Source: Candidatus Sericytochromatia bacterium (GTDB taxonomy: Bacteria > Cyanobacteriota > Sericytochromatia > S15B-MN24 > VGJW01). Taken from it: DNA of 64,000 bases. Each line of letters opens with the position of its first letter. The first letter of the stretch is position 1. The translations under genes and the position numbers were made by a program. Positions 18,112-30,565 of the stretch are shown piece after piece. The notes beneath the pieces are model-generated. The model was not told the DNA's origin and did not search any database. It worked only from the letters and a program-made list of their open reading frames with translations. The stretch lies in the NCBI GenBank assembly GCA_035285865.1, contig JAYKHS010000022.1, positions 64,001-128,000 on the forward strand, written 5' to 3'.

Positions 18112-21100
18112 CCTCGACCTCCCGGGTGGGGTCGCGCCCGTCACGGAAGCGACAGGCACGACGGACGGAACAGGTGTTGCACGGCAGTGTCTTCCCCCTC
18201 TGCACCGGCAACGGAGCGAACTCCCCATCGGCCATGCGGTCCGCGAGGTTGCCCGCGAGGGCACGCGTTTCCTCCAGCAGGGTCGTCATATCGGCCTGTT
18301 CCAGGCCCTGACCGCTGTAGAGCGGGCCAGCGGCCTTCCGCCTGAGTCCCCACGTCGCGGAGCGGGAGCCGGGGGAAAGCTCCCTGTCCAGGGCCTCGAG
18401 CAGGTCCTCGTCGTCGACGACGACACTCTTCATCCGCGTCGGCCTGAGGCGCCCAAGCGCCTTCTCCTCCGGCGGGTCCGGGTCCGGGTCCGTGCCCTCT
18501 CCTCCTGGCTCATGCGACGCCTCTTCGGCCGGGACGCTCACCGCCTCGGCTTCGGCATGGAGCATGGCAAACGCGAATCCGCCCGGCTGCAGGTCCTGGT
18601 CCAGCCAAGCGGGAGCCGCATCGGCCACGGCGGCCAGATAGAGCGGCAACTGCAGGTACTCCCCTGTCCGCATCTTCCGGGTCACGGACTTGATGGTCCC
18701 GGACTTGTAGTCGAGCACCATCAGCCAGTCGGACCGCGTCCCTTCGAATACATCCACCCGGTCGATCCGGCCACCGAGGACGTGCTCCGGCCCGTTCGCC
18801 GAAGGCAGCATCAGGGGCGGCAGCCAGACCTGGTCGGTCTCGCGTCGGCTGGAATCCGGACCGAAGCCGAGCTCCACCGCGATGGGCTCCCCTTTGCCGA
18901 GGCGAAGCGTCAACCCCAGGGCGTGCAGGACGTGATCGGCGCGTTTCAGCAGGCGTGAGCGCGCGCGTTCGGACCAGGCGTCCGTCCTCGGGAAGCGCTT
19001 GCGATACTCCGCGGCCATCTCGTCGAGGGCGAGCTTGATTCGCGAACGTTCCTCATCGGCCTCCAGATCGACCCAGCGCAGGCCCTCACGATGCAGGCCG
19101 CGCACGAAGACCTCGAGCGCCAGGTGCAGCAGACGACCGGTCTCGAGGGGTTCGACCCTGCCCGATCGCCGCTCTTCTACCTTGAGGACGTGGCGGGTGA
19201 AACCCAGCCACGGGCAGGTGGCATAGGCCTCCAGCCTGCTTGCGCTGAGCACCGCGGTTCGCGGGAGGCGAATCGGCGCTCGATCCGGTACCGGCAGCGG
19301 AGCCTGCGGCAGGTCGCGAGCCTGTGTGGCCGGCAGGGCCCGGGGGCGCAGGGCCGGCACCATCTGGCGCAGTGCGGTCCACGTCGGCGAGGGTGCAAGG
19401 TCACGGCCTCTGCTGTCGCGTACCGGCCGACTCAGCGTCAGCATGTCACCCGCCCTGCTCAGTGCGTGCAGGACACGGAGGCGCTCATGCTCCTGACGGC
19501 GAAGGCTGTCGGGGCCGACGGCACAGCCGAGCGTCTCCAGTTGGCGGCGATCCGCGTCGTCCAGCATCGGGGCCTCGGCATGGGGGGCAGGCAGATGTCC
19601 GTCCACGAGCCCCATCAACCACAGGCCGCGAAGCTCCGGCGTGCGGGTGCGGTCCACTGTTCCGGCCAGCACCTGATCGAGCGTGGCCGGAACGTGGGCC
19701 AGCGTTCGCCCGGAGAGCGTCGAACCCAGCGCGAACAAGGCCTCGTCCAGAGGGATCGGCGCGTCCCCGTCCACGGCAACCCACTGATCCAGCACTTCCA
19801 GCAGGATGCCGCGCGTCTGCTTCATCGCCTCGGCATCGAGCGGGCGTCCCTCTGCCACGGCCTCGTCCTGATGTCGCGCGAGGGTGCCGGATACCCCGAG
19901 GCGCTCCAGCGTGTCGACCAGACATTCGGCAAGCGCACGGACCGTCGGAATGCGCCCGAGGCGAAGGCCTGCTTCGTGGATGATGCCCAGCACGCGTCGT
20001 GTGCCGGGGGGGCATGATTCCTTGCCTTTCGGCGTATCCAGCCTGCGGGTCCAGTCCTGGTGTTCCCAGCCCTCGGCCAAGACGATGTTCTCGAGGCGGT
20101 CCACCTCGTCCTGGGGAGCCGGGCTTAGATCGTTGCGCAGCAGGTCCATCACCGCTGTCGTCGGCCATCGATGGGCCCAGATGGCGAGCAGGGCGCGTGT
20201 GAGGCGGATCAGCCCCTCATTCTCCACCGGGCGCCGACGATCGAGGAACAGCGGCACGCCGAGGCGTCTGGCCGCCCGCTCCAGCAGGGGCCCGTCCTCG
20301 TCCGCATCCCGGACGAGGATCGCGACCTCGCGCCAGCGCCAGCCCTTGGCGCGGACGGTCCGGGCAACGTCCGCCATCACGCCCTCGGCTTCTGCCGTTC
20401 GGTCCGGTGCCTCGAGGAGGCGCAACCGCCCTTCCGCCTCCTGGGGCGTTCGCAGGTCCGTGCCCCAGTGGCGCAGGACGTGGTCCAGAAGGCCGGCCTC
20501 GGGGAATCGGCCTGCTTGCGATGGAAGATGCAATTCCGCAAGCGTGGTGCCTGCCGCGCGGGCACACTCTTGGAGTCGGGTGCGGGTCTCGAGGGCCAGA
20601 GCGTAGATCAGCCGACCGTCGTGGGTGTCCAGTCTCTCGGGGGCGATGGGCAAGGTGACGGTGATGTCGCGGCCGGCACGAAGCAAGGCCGTGAGGAAGT
20701 GCTCCTCGAGCGGGGTAAAGCCCTGGAAACCGTCCACCCAAAGACGCGCTCCCTCGAGAAAAGGTGCCCGGTCCAACCTTGCGATGGCCTCGCCAAGCAC
20801 GAGATCCTCGTCCTTCCACCCCCCCTGCATGACCCGGTCCTGGCTTTCCATCAGCAGGGCGGCATCCCGCAGACGGGCCGCCAGAACGTCTCCAGGCTGC
20901 TCCGCCGCGCGGGCCGCTGCCTGCCGCAGGCGTGCAGGTGTCAGTCCATGCCGGCGGAACTCGGCCAGCCAGCCGAGCAGGCTCCCAACCCATTGCCAAG
21001 GCCGTTCGAGTCGCCCGAAGTGTTCGAGCTCCTCGCGATGACGAGACAGCAGGCCGTGCAGAAGCAGGTGGCGGCCGCTTTCGTCCAGCGTGCGTCGCGC

Positions 21101-21334
21101 GGCACCCTCGGTCCATTGGGCGATGCGCCAGGCCATCCGCTGGAAGCTGGTGACCTGCAGGCGATGCGAGACTCCCGCTTCATCCTGGATGCGTCGTTCC
21201 ATCAGATCGGTGGCTTGTTCGGGAACGAGCAGGATCAGCGGCCCGCCGGGCTGCGCGGCTGCCTGCGCCATCGCGGACAGGCAGGCACGGGTGTTGCCCC
21301 GACCTGGCGCAGCCAGCGACAGCGTGAGCGGCAT
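18101..21334 (-). CDS. addB: ATP-dependent helicase/nuclease subunit B
   Basis: ILLVPEQAT, VDGFQGFTP, SASRLEAYATCP, GRIDRVD..LDYKSG, Fe-S PCNTC...ACRF; GGAGG RBS. Confidence 0.9.
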   Translation of the reverse strand: MPLTLSLAAPGRGNTRACLSAMAQAAAQPGGPLILLVPEQATDLMERRIQDEAGVSHRLQVTSFQRMAWRIAQWTEGAARRTLDESGRHLLLHGLLSRHREELEHFGRLERPWQWVGSLLGWLAEFRRHGLTPARLRQAAARAAEQPGDVLAARLRDAALLMESQDRVMQGGWKDEDLVLGEAIARLDRAPFLEGARLWVDGFQGFTPLEEHFLTALLRAGRDITVTLPIAPERLDTHDGRLIYALALETRTRLQECARAAGTTLAELHLPSQAGRFPEAGLLDHVLRHWGTDLRTPQEAEGRLRLLEAPDRTAEAEGVMADVARTVRAKGWRWREVAILVRDADEDGPLLERAARRLGVPLFLDRRRPVENEGLIRLTRALLAIWAHRWPTTAVMDLLRNDLSPAPQDEVDRLENIVLAEGWEHQDWTRRLDTPKGKESCPPGTRRVLGIIHEAGLRLGRIPTVRALAECLVDTLERLGVSGTLARHQDEAVAEGRPLDAEAMKQTRGILLEVLDQWVAVDGDAPIPLDEALFALGSTLSGRTLAHVPATLDQVLAGTVDRTRTPELRGLWLMGLVDGHLPAPHAEAPMLDDADRRQLETLGCAVGPDSLRRQEHERLRVLHALSRAGDMLTLSRPVRDSRGRDLAPSPTWTALRQMVPALRPRALPATQARDLPQAPLPVPDRAPIRLPRTAVLSASRLEAYATCPWLGFTRHVLKVEERRSGRVEPLETGRLLHLALEVFVRGLHREGLRWVDLEADEERSRIKLALDEMAAEYRKRFPRTDAWSERARSRLLKRADHVLHALGLTLRLGKGEPIAVELGFGPDSSRRETDQVWLPPLMLPSANGPEHVLGGRIDRVDVFEGTRSDWLMVLDYKSGTIKSVTRKMRTGEYLQLPLYLAAVADAAPAWLDQDLQPGGFAFAMLHAEAEAVSVPAEEASHEPGGEGTDPDPDPPEEKALGRLRPTRMKSVVVDDEDLLEALDRELSPGSRSATWGLRRKAAGPLYSGQGLEQADMTTLLEETRALAGNLADRMADGEFAPLPVQRGKTLPCNTCSVRRACRFRDGRDPTREVEVGD

Positions 21335-21351
21335 GGTCCGGGCGTCCTCCG

Positions 21352-21367
21352 TGGTAAAATCAGTATA
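21352..21367. promoter_or_regulatory. Overlapping divergent -10 elements (addB / MshEN gene)
   Basis: Plus strand TGgTAAAAT-N6-ATG; minus strand TATACT at 21362-21367. Confidence 0.5.
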
Positions 21368-21753
21368 TGACTTCACAGGGTCTCGGCGAGCGCTTGGGTC
21401 AGGTTCTGCTGACCCAAGGCATCATCAGCCGCGAGCAACTGGACCATGCGCTGCGTGAGCAGGCCAAGAAGCCCTACTTGCGGCTTGGCGAAGTGCTGTT
21501 CACTTTGGGCTACTTGTCCTTCGCCCAGCTCGAAGAGCAACTCGAACAGCAGTATCGCGATCTGCGCCTCGGGCAGTTGTTGGTCCGCAAGGGTTTGCTC
21601 GACCCGGACCAGCTCGAGGCCGCGATGGCCGAGCATGAGGCCACGGGCCTGCTCCTCGGCCACCTTGTCATCAAGCTGGGGTTCTGCACGCTCGAGCAGG
21701 TCTCGCGGGTGCTGGAGGAACAGCGCGTCCTCTCCGGCAACCAAAGAGGCTGA
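21367..21753 (+). CDS. Stand-alone MshEN (c-di-GMP-binding) repeat protein
   Basis: Four RLGxxLxxxGxxxxxxLxxxLxxQ-type motifs in 128 aa. Confidence 0.82.
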   Translation: MTSQGLGERLGQVLLTQGIISREQLDHALREQAKKPYLRLGEVLFTLGYLSFAQLEEQLEQQYRDLRLGQLLVRKGLLDPDQLEAAMAEHEATGLLLGHLVIKLGFCTLEQVSRVLEEQRVLSGNQRG

Positions 21754-21812
21754 CTGGGCCGGCGCCGGATCCCGTGCGCGTCCTGCGGGCGCCCCGATGT
21801 CCGGGTGTCGCG

Positions 21813-23060
21813 CTACATGTAGTAGTCGATGAGTTCGAGGAAGCCGGCCAAAGGCTTGTCGTACCAGGGGAAGTCCAGATCGGCATCCGTGATGGCCGGG
21901 GTGGACGCCCAGTCCGGATCCGGGACGCGCGCCCGGAACGAGCTGATCCGCCCGGGCTCGGTCAGGACCATGTCCAGTTCCTGGTTGTTTTCGAAGGTAA
22001 GCGTGTCGCCGTTCGATGACCCGACCAGGAGGAAGGCGTCGTCGATGACGGTGTACTTGATGTGGGCATAGGCCTTGTCATACCAATGCATCTGCACGCC
22101 TGACGGCCGGATCTGCTTTGCCGACCACTTGTTGAGCTTGCGCAGGATCTCGCGGTCATGCGTCGTCAGGATGACGCGCACCTGGACGCCGCGCCGGGCT
22201 GCTTCCTTGAGCTTGGCCATGAGGGCATCGTCCGAGAAGAACGGATAGGCCATGTCGATGCGGGTGGTGGCCTTCTGCAGTGCGTCGAAGAGCACCTTGC
22301 GGATCTCCGATTCCCGACCGCGTTCCCTGGGGCTGGTCACGGCGATGCCCACGGGCTCCTGGCCGTAGCTGCCGTGCGGGCGGAGGGGCAGGTCAAAGGT
22401 CTTGCCGCCTGCCCGGATCCAGTCCAACCGGAACTCGTCGTGCATGATCCCGGCAGCGTCTCCGTCGACCTGCCACAGCATGTCGTGGGCATGGTCGAGG
22501 TACTTCTCGCCCAGGTTCATGCCGCCCGTCATCGCCTTGTCACCGTCCACGAGGTACAGCTTGCGATGCGTGATGTTCAGCCCCACGCCTGACTTGCGGA
22601 CGTAGGGGGTGGCCCGGTAGACCTGCACGGCCACGCCTGCCTGCTTGAGGATGCGTTCGACCTTGCTGTCGACGTGGTTCTGTCCGGTCTGGTCGAGGAT
22701 GACGCGAACGTCCACGCCCGCCTTGTGGCGGTCGATGAGGATGTCGCAGATGCGGCGCCCCAACGCATCGCTCCAGAACTCGAAGGTCTGCATGTAGAGG
22801 GACCGCCGCGCGGAACGCAGGTGGTCGAGGAAGGCAGGCAGCACCTCGCGGTCGACCGTGAGCGCAAGTCGGTTGTTGGTCGTGACGGGACGCTGGACGC
22901 TCTGGCGGATGCGCTGGGCCATCTCCATCGCCCGTGCCGAGGGACCCGAGAGCGAACGGGTCGGTGCCGAAGCGGGCCCGAGGCCGCAGCCGGCGAGGGC
23001 CAGCAGGGCCACCATCGCGGTGAGCTGCCGAATGTTCCGGGTCTTGGACGTCTTGGTCAT
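21813..23060 (-). CDS. Phospholipase D-family (cardiolipin synthase-like) lipoprotein 1
   Basis: Lipobox LAGC; two HKD motifs HRKLYLVD and HIKYTVID. Confidence 0.88.
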   Translation of the reverse strand: MTKTSKTRNIRQLTAMVALLALAGCGLGPASAPTRSLSGPSARAMEMAQRIRQSVQRPVTTNNRLALTVDREVLPAFLDHLRSARRSLYMQTFEFWSDALGRRICDILIDRHKAGVDVRVILDQTGQNHVDSKVERILKQAGVAVQVYRATPYVRKSGVGLNITHRKLYLVDGDKAMTGGMNLGEKYLDHAHDMLWQVDGDAAGIMHDEFRLDWIRAGGKTFDLPLRPHGSYGQEPVGIAVTSPRERGRESEIRKVLFDALQKATTRIDMAYPFFSDDALMAKLKEAARRGVQVRVILTTHDREILRKLNKWSAKQIRPSGVQMHWYDKAYAHIKYTVIDDAFLLVGSSNGDTLTFENNQELDMVLTEPGRISSFRARVPDPDWASTPAITDADLDFPWYDKPLAGFLELIDYYM

Positions 23061-23148
23061 GTGGTCTCGAAACCTCAAGATGGTCTCAAGTATGGGTTAT
23101 GCCCAGATGAAGGTCCATTCTTGCGCAGAACTTTTAACAGAATCTGAA

Positions 23149-23190
23149 CAAAAGCCCCCCGAGACTCGGAGGACTCGGGGGACAGGGGCT
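23149..23190 (-). terminator. Intrinsic terminator after PLD lipoprotein 2
   Basis: Minus strand ccccgag-loop-ctcgggg followed by ggcTTTTG. Confidence 0.6.
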
Positions 23191-23200
23191 ACGACGGGGT

Positions 23201-24439
23201 TCAGATGTACCGGTCGATCAGCTCGAGCAGGGCAATCCAGGGCTTCTGCGTCCAGGGCACATTGATCTCGGCCTCGGTCACGGCCGGGGTCGCGGCCCAG
23301 TCCGGATCGCAGACCTTGCCGCGGAAGTCGGAAACCGTGCGGGGGTTCGTCAGGATCAGGTCGAGTTCCTGGTTGTTCTCGAAGGTCAGCGTGTCGGCGT
23401 TGGATGAGCCGACCAGCAGGAAGGCGCCATCGACGGCCGTGTACTTGATGTGGGCGTAGCTGGCGTTCCACCAGTGGAACTTGACCCCCTTGGGCATGGC
23501 CTGACGCGCCGACCAGATCGCCAGCTTCTCGATGGCGGAGTGGGATTCCTTCGTCAGGATGACCCGGACATCGACACCGCGCTTGGCCGCCTTGATCAAT
23601 CGGTCGATGACCCGGTCGTCCGAGAAGAACGGATAGGCCATGTCGATGCGGCTCTTTGCCGAATCCAGGGCGCGAAGCAGCACGCCACGGATTTCCTCTT
23701 CGCGACCCCGCTGGCGGGGGCTCGTCACGCACATGCCGATGGGTTCGTTGCCATAGCTGCCGACAGGGGCAGCGGGGACCTCAAGCTTGCCGCCCTTGCC
23801 CAGCGCCCAGTCGGTGGTGAACTCCTCGTGCAGCTGATGAGCGGCCTGGCCCTGAACCTTCCAGAGCATGTCGTGGGCGTGGTCGAAGTACTCGTCGCCC
23901 AGATTCATCCCGCCCGTCATGCCCTTGTCCCCGTCGACGAGGTAGAGCTTGCGGTGCGTAATGTTCAGGCCGTGCCCGGTCTTGCGCAGGAAGGGAAAGG
24001 GACCGTAGACGATGGTCGGCACGCCGTTGTTACGCAGGACCTTGGCCGTGGCGGTACCGATGGACTTGGCGCCGATGTTGTCCATGATGACCCGGACATC
24101 TACGCCTTCCTTCTTCTTCGCGATCAGCAGATTCGTAAGTTCGCGCGCCTTGTCATTGTCGGCGAACTCGAAGGTTTCCATCCAGAGGGTCTTGCGGGCG
24201 CTGCGCAGCAGGTCGATCAGCACGGGGTAGGCCTCACGGTCGGGGTGGACCGTCAGGCTGTTGTTCCAGGTCACGGGCTGACCCATCGCCGGTTGCAGGA
24301 TGGACTGGATGGCCTTGGCCTGGACGACTTCGGCCTGCGACATCGTCGCGCGACCCATCGGGGCGACGGTCGCCACGGGCTGGCCGCCGCAGCCTGCGAC
24401 GAGCACTGCTGCGAGGGCGAGAAGGGAACGACGGACCAT
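23201..24439 (-). CDS. Phospholipase D-family lipoprotein 2
   Basis: Lipobox VAGC; HRKLYLVD and HIKYTAVD. Start is ATG 24439 or TTG 24448. Confidence 0.88.
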   Translation of the reverse strand: MVRRSLLALAAVLVAGCGGQPVATVAPMGRATMSQAEVVQAKAIQSILQPAMGQPVTWNNSLTVHPDREAYPVLIDLLRSARKTLWMETFEFADNDKARELTNLLIAKKKEGVDVRVIMDNIGAKSIGTATAKVLRNNGVPTIVYGPFPFLRKTGHGLNITHRKLYLVDGDKGMTGGMNLGDEYFDHAHDMLWKVQGQAAHQLHEEFTTDWALGKGGKLEVPAAPVGSYGNEPIGMCVTSPRQRGREEEIRGVLLRALDSAKSRIDMAYPFFSDDRVIDRLIKAAKRGVDVRVILTKESHSAIEKLAIWSARQAMPKGVKFHWWNASYAHIKYTAVDGAFLLVGSSNADTLTFENNQELDLILTNPRTVSDFRGKVCDPDWAATPAVTEAEINVPWTQKPWIALLELIDRYI

Positions 24440-24575
24440 CTGGACCAAGACCTCCGGAAAGGTGGGGTGAAGCCTCCACCAAGAAGGTCATACCGCGGTT
24501 AAGGTCCGATGAGGGCGTCCCTGTTGAATCTTGACGGTCATTTCAAGAACAGTTAACGCCTTGTGTACGCCTTGA

Positions 24576-27124
<2,549 letters not shown>

Positions 27125-27128
<4 letters not shown>

Positions 27129-27712
27129 GGCCGGATCCCCTCCTTCAGGAGCTGTTCGCGCAGCAGTTCACGGCCGCGGAAAAGTCGCGTCTTGACCGTG
27201 CCGACGGGCAGGTCGAGGATCTGCGCCATGTCGTCGTGGGACAGATCCAGGACATGCCGGAGGACCAGAGGTTGGCGGTAGGCCATCGGCAAGCGGCCAA
27301 GCGCCCGATCGATGACCTCCCCCAGGCCGGCTGCCTCGGCCAAGGCCTCGGGACTCCGGCTGGCATCAGCCAGCGGCTCGAATCCGCTTTCGGCAAGCTC
27401 CTCAAGGGAATCCGCCTGCCTGCCCCCCAGCATGTCGGTCGCCAGATGGTTCAGGATGCGCAACAACCAAGGCATGAACCGCTCGGGCTCCCGCAGGCGC
27501 GGCAGGGCACGGAAGGCACGGATCAGGCTCTCCTGCACCAGGTCCGCTGCCCGATCATCGTCGCCGCAGAGGCGTCGCGCCACCTGCCACAGCCGTTCCT
27601 GCACCTCGCCGACAAGCGCCCGGAAAGCCCGCTCGTCTCCGGCCTGCGCCGCACGGACCAGAGCCGTCCGATTCGTTCTCTCCCCGGTCCTCGGGCGCTT
27701 CAGGAGGTTCAC
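27125..27712 (-). CDS. ECF RNA polymerase sigma factor
   Basis: AADLVQESLIRA, FMPWLLRI, LPVGTVKTRLFRGR. Confidence 0.92.
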
Positions 27713-29004
27713 GTCTTCATGACCCCCGGTCGGCCACGAAGGTTTCCTCCGACCGGTCTAGTCGGGGTGGGCCCGAGCGGTCGGGCGAGGGTCTCGGGCG
27801 CAAGGCCCTCGCGCAGGGCGATGCTCAGGCCGGCGGCCTCGGGCCAGGACGCGGCGTGCAGGCAGGAGAGGCCCAGTGCCTCCGGCGTGACGTCGAGAAC
27901 ACCGGGATTTCGCACGGCAAGCAGGCTGAGGCCCCTGCTCGCGGCAGCCAACGTGCCGCTGCCCCCCGCAGCCGTCGCGGGGAAGACGAGCAGGCCTTCT
28001 GCCGGCCACGCATCGGCTGTTCCCGGCGGCACAGGGACAGGGGCGCGTTGCAGGCCCCGCAGGATGCAGAGCAGGTAGTCGAGGCCCAATTCCTCGGCAG
28101 CCCCGCGTGGGTCCACCGGATCGCAGGAGGGTGGCAGCCACGGGGCGTGGGCAGTGGGCATGCCGAGGGCACGTCCGACCACACGGGACAGCATCGCTTC
28201 GAGGCCACCGATGGGATCGGGGCCGCTGCCGCTCGCGTAGGCTGCGTCATGCAGGGCCAGAGCCGACATGTCGCTGACGATCGCCAGGGCCGTTGCACCT
28301 TGCGAACGCAGTCTGCATGCCCCATCGATCAAGTCCGTGGCGTCCTCGACGCTGCCAACACTTCGTCCACCGGTGCCTCGGGCAAGGCTAAGGCGCAGGG
28401 GCTGCGCCATCTCGTCGAGCAGCACGCGACCTCCGCCTACGGTCCGGAAGGCTCCGAGGGCGTTCTCGATCGCGATGCGGCCGCGCTCCGGCAGCCCCGC
28501 ATCCAGAAGGACCCCTACCGTGTGGGCACGCCGAGGCAGGAGGTCCCAGCGGCCGGCGAGCCAGCCGTCCAGCAGGCCACCTTCGACGTAGGCCAATTCG
28601 TGCGGGGCCCAGTTCAGCGCAGCGGCATTGACGGCATTGGGGTGGGTCACGCAGCGATCGGCCGTGGCTGCGAGCAGGCGTACGGCTGGCGTCGCATCCC
28701 CGGCGAATCCGCCGGTCGCAAGGCCAAGGCCTGTCGGCGCGAGGATGGTAACGGTCCACGCCTTGTCGGAGCTGGCACACATGCCAGGCTCGGGCAGGGG
28801 GGGCAGATCGAGGCCCGGCCCGGCCTCGAAGGTCTCGAAATGCCAGATGGCCTCGGCAGCCTTCACTACGGCGGCGTGGAGGCGCGTGCCTCCGGACTCC
28901 GGGTCCGGCAGCATCGTCTCGGGGTCGGGCGGTGGAGCGAAAGAGGGCGCCGGTACCGTGAGCAGGCGGGGACGCACCCAGGCGTCAGGAGCGGCCTTGG
29001 GCAT
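27709..29004 (-). CDS. DUF3326-family protein
   Basis: PTGLGLATGGFAGDA, THPNAVNAA, YVEGGLLD, GPDPIGGLEAMLS, AHAP, DPRGAAEELG resemble the DUF3326 motifs as I recall them. Start uncertain. Confidence 0.75.
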   Translation of the reverse strand: MPKAAPDAWVRPRLLTVPAPSFAPPPDPETMLPDPESGGTRLHAAVVKAAEAIWHFETFEAGPGLDLPPLPEPGMCASSDKAWTVTILAPTGLGLATGGFAGDATPAVRLLAATADRCVTHPNAVNAAALNWAPHELAYVEGGLLDGWLAGRWDLLPRRAHTVGVLLDAGLPERGRIAIENALGAFRTVGGGRVLLDEMAQPLRLSLARGTGGRSVGSVEDATDLIDGACRLRSQGATALAIVSDMSALALHDAAYASGSGPDPIGGLEAMLSRVVGRALGMPTAHAPWLPPSCDPVDPRGAAEELGLDYLLCILRGLQRAPVPVPPGTADAWPAEGLLVFPATAAGGSGTLAAASRGLSLLAVRNPGVLDVTPEALGLSCLHAASWPEAAGLSIALREGLAPETLARPLGPTPTRPVGGNLRGRPGVMKT

Positions 29005-29467
29005 CCTCGTCACTGTCCCGGAAGAGGGCATCGAGATCCAGCAGGATGATCAGGCGACCCTCGTGCTTGCCGAGTCCCGAGATGTGCGGGGAGTGCTGCT
29101 GGAACTGGATCGTGGGTGGGTCGATCTGACCGCGTTCCAGCCAGACGACCTGCTGGACGGAGTCCACCTGGAAGCCGAAGCGCTCGTCCTTCCATTCCGT
29201 GATGATGGTGGCGGAGGCGGCCGGAGCCTCGTCCTTGAGTCCGAACCAGACCCTGAGCTGGAACACGGGGATGACCTCGCCACGGAGGTTGATCAGGCCC
29301 GAGACATGCGCGGCAGATCCGGGAAGGCGCGTGGGGCGACGTGTGGTGATGATCTCCCGGACGTGACCGATGGGCAGGCCATAGACTTCTTCGCCCAGCT
29401 TGAAGGTGACCAGCTGGAGCTTTCCTTCTACTGAACGGGAGCGGTTGGCAGCGCCGGTCGCGTTCAT
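28985..29467 (-). CDS. cheW: Chemotaxis coupling protein CheW
   Basis: LVTFKLGEEVYG, GLINLRGEVIPV, VDSV. Confidence 0.93.
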   Translation of the reverse strand: MNATGAANRSRSVEGKLQLVTFKLGEEVYGLPIGHVREIITTRRPTRLPGSAAHVSGLINLRGEVIPVFQLRVWFGLKDEAPAASATIITEWKDERFGFQVDSVQQVVWLERGQIDPPTIQFQQHSPHISGLGKHEGRLIILLDLDALFRDSDEDAQGRS

Positions 29468-30261
29468 TTGCGCCCCTTGGGCGTCGCCACGCCGTCCGAC
29501 GTGATGCCGAGGTAACGATGGATGTGTCCACGCAGGCGCAGCGCAGCCTGAGTGTGGATCTGGCAGACCCGCGATTCCGTGACCCCGAGGACCTGCCCGA
29601 TTTCCTTGAGCGTCAGGCCTTCCTTGTAGTAGAGCGCCAGCGTCTGTCGCTCGCGCTCCGGCAGGCGGTCGATGGCATCGGCCAACTCCTTGCGGAATTC
29701 GTCTTCCTCCAGGACGTGGGCCGGACCCGGCCGATCATCGGCCATCGTGTCGAGCCACGTCATGGACTGGCCGTCCTCGCTGCCTTGGATCATTTCGTCC
29801 AGAGACAGGAAGGGGCTGGTCTCCCGAGCCATGGCGTGGCCCAGCTCCGTTACGCTCATGCCCAGCCGGCCGGCCAGCTCCTCGTCGGTGGCCGGTCGCC
29901 CCAGGCTGGCCTCCAGCTGCGCCATTGCTTCCGCGATTTCACGGCCCCTGCTGCGCACGGAGCGGGGCACCCAATCCTGGCTGCGCAGCTCGTCGAGGAT
30001 GGCGCCGCGGATGCGTGTGCCTGCGTAGGTTTCGAATTTCACGCCGCGTTCAGGTTGAAACTTCTCGACGGCCTGGATGAGCCCGATCAGGCCGTAGCCG
30101 CAGAGGTCTTCGGGGTCGAGGGTGGCGGGAAGGGTCAGCGCAAGACGACCCACGACATACCGGACCAGCGGCATGTAGTGGATGATGAGCTGCTCCCGGT
30201 CCTTGCTGTCACCCATCCGGATGAACCGCGACCAGAGCTCAGGAGCCGGGGTGTCGGCCAT
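29464..30261 (-). CDS. fliA: Flagellar sigma factor sigma28 (FliA/WhiG)
   Basis: KFETYAGTRIRGAILDELRSQDWVPRSVR, LTLKEIGQVLGVTESRVCQIH. Confidence 0.96.
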   Translation of the reverse strand: MADTPAPELWSRFIRMGDSKDREQLIIHYMPLVRYVVGRLALTLPATLDPEDLCGYGLIGLIQAVEKFQPERGVKFETYAGTRIRGAILDELRSQDWVPRSVRSRGREIAEAMAQLEASLGRPATDEELAGRLGMSVTELGHAMARETSPFLSLDEMIQGSEDGQSMTWLDTMADDRPGPAHVLEEDEFRKELADAIDRLPERERQTLALYYKEGLTLKEIGQVLGVTESRVCQIHTQAALRLRGHIHRYLGITSDGVATPKGRK

Positions 30262-30293
30262 CCCACCTCGCTTGCGATGCCTTGTTGCACCCA

Positions 30294-30323
30294 ATCATAG
30301 CCCGGTCATCCATCGCGGGGCAA
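30294..30323 (-). promoter_or_regulatory. Internal sigma70-type promoter for fliA
   Basis: TTGCCC-N18-TATGAT in the intergenic gap upstream of fliA. Confidence 0.5.
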
Positions 30324-30328
30324 CCGGA

Positions 30329-30565
30329 CTACTCGCCCTGCGCCCCGGACTCGGGACCCTTGGTCGCCTTCTGGTCCAGCAGTTCCGGCGGGGGAACCTG
30401 CGCCAGCACCACGTCCAGCGCGAACCCGAGCAAGCCCCCCATCAGCGAGGCCAGCAGGCCCCTGTAGGCACTCGTCCCGAGCGTTGCGCCGCCAAGCAGG
30501 GAGAGGCTGCCCACGAGCACCAGCGCACCTGCGCCGAGGACAAGCGTCCAATCGCGATGCATCAT
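30329..30565 (-). CDS. Small two-TM membrane protein between cheD and fliA
   Basis: Two hydrophobic helices; ATGA overlap with the cheD stop. Confidence 0.65.
   Translation of the reverse strand: MMHRDWTLVLGAGALVLVGSLSLLGGATLGTSAYRGLLASLMGGLLGFALDVVLAQVPPPELLDQKATKGPESGAQGE

Noticed and set aside
21290..21334. Degenerate Walker A in AddB (APGRGNT)
   Set aside because: The AddB helicase-like domain is normally inactive; the nuclease and Fe-S motifs are intact, so this is unremarkable.
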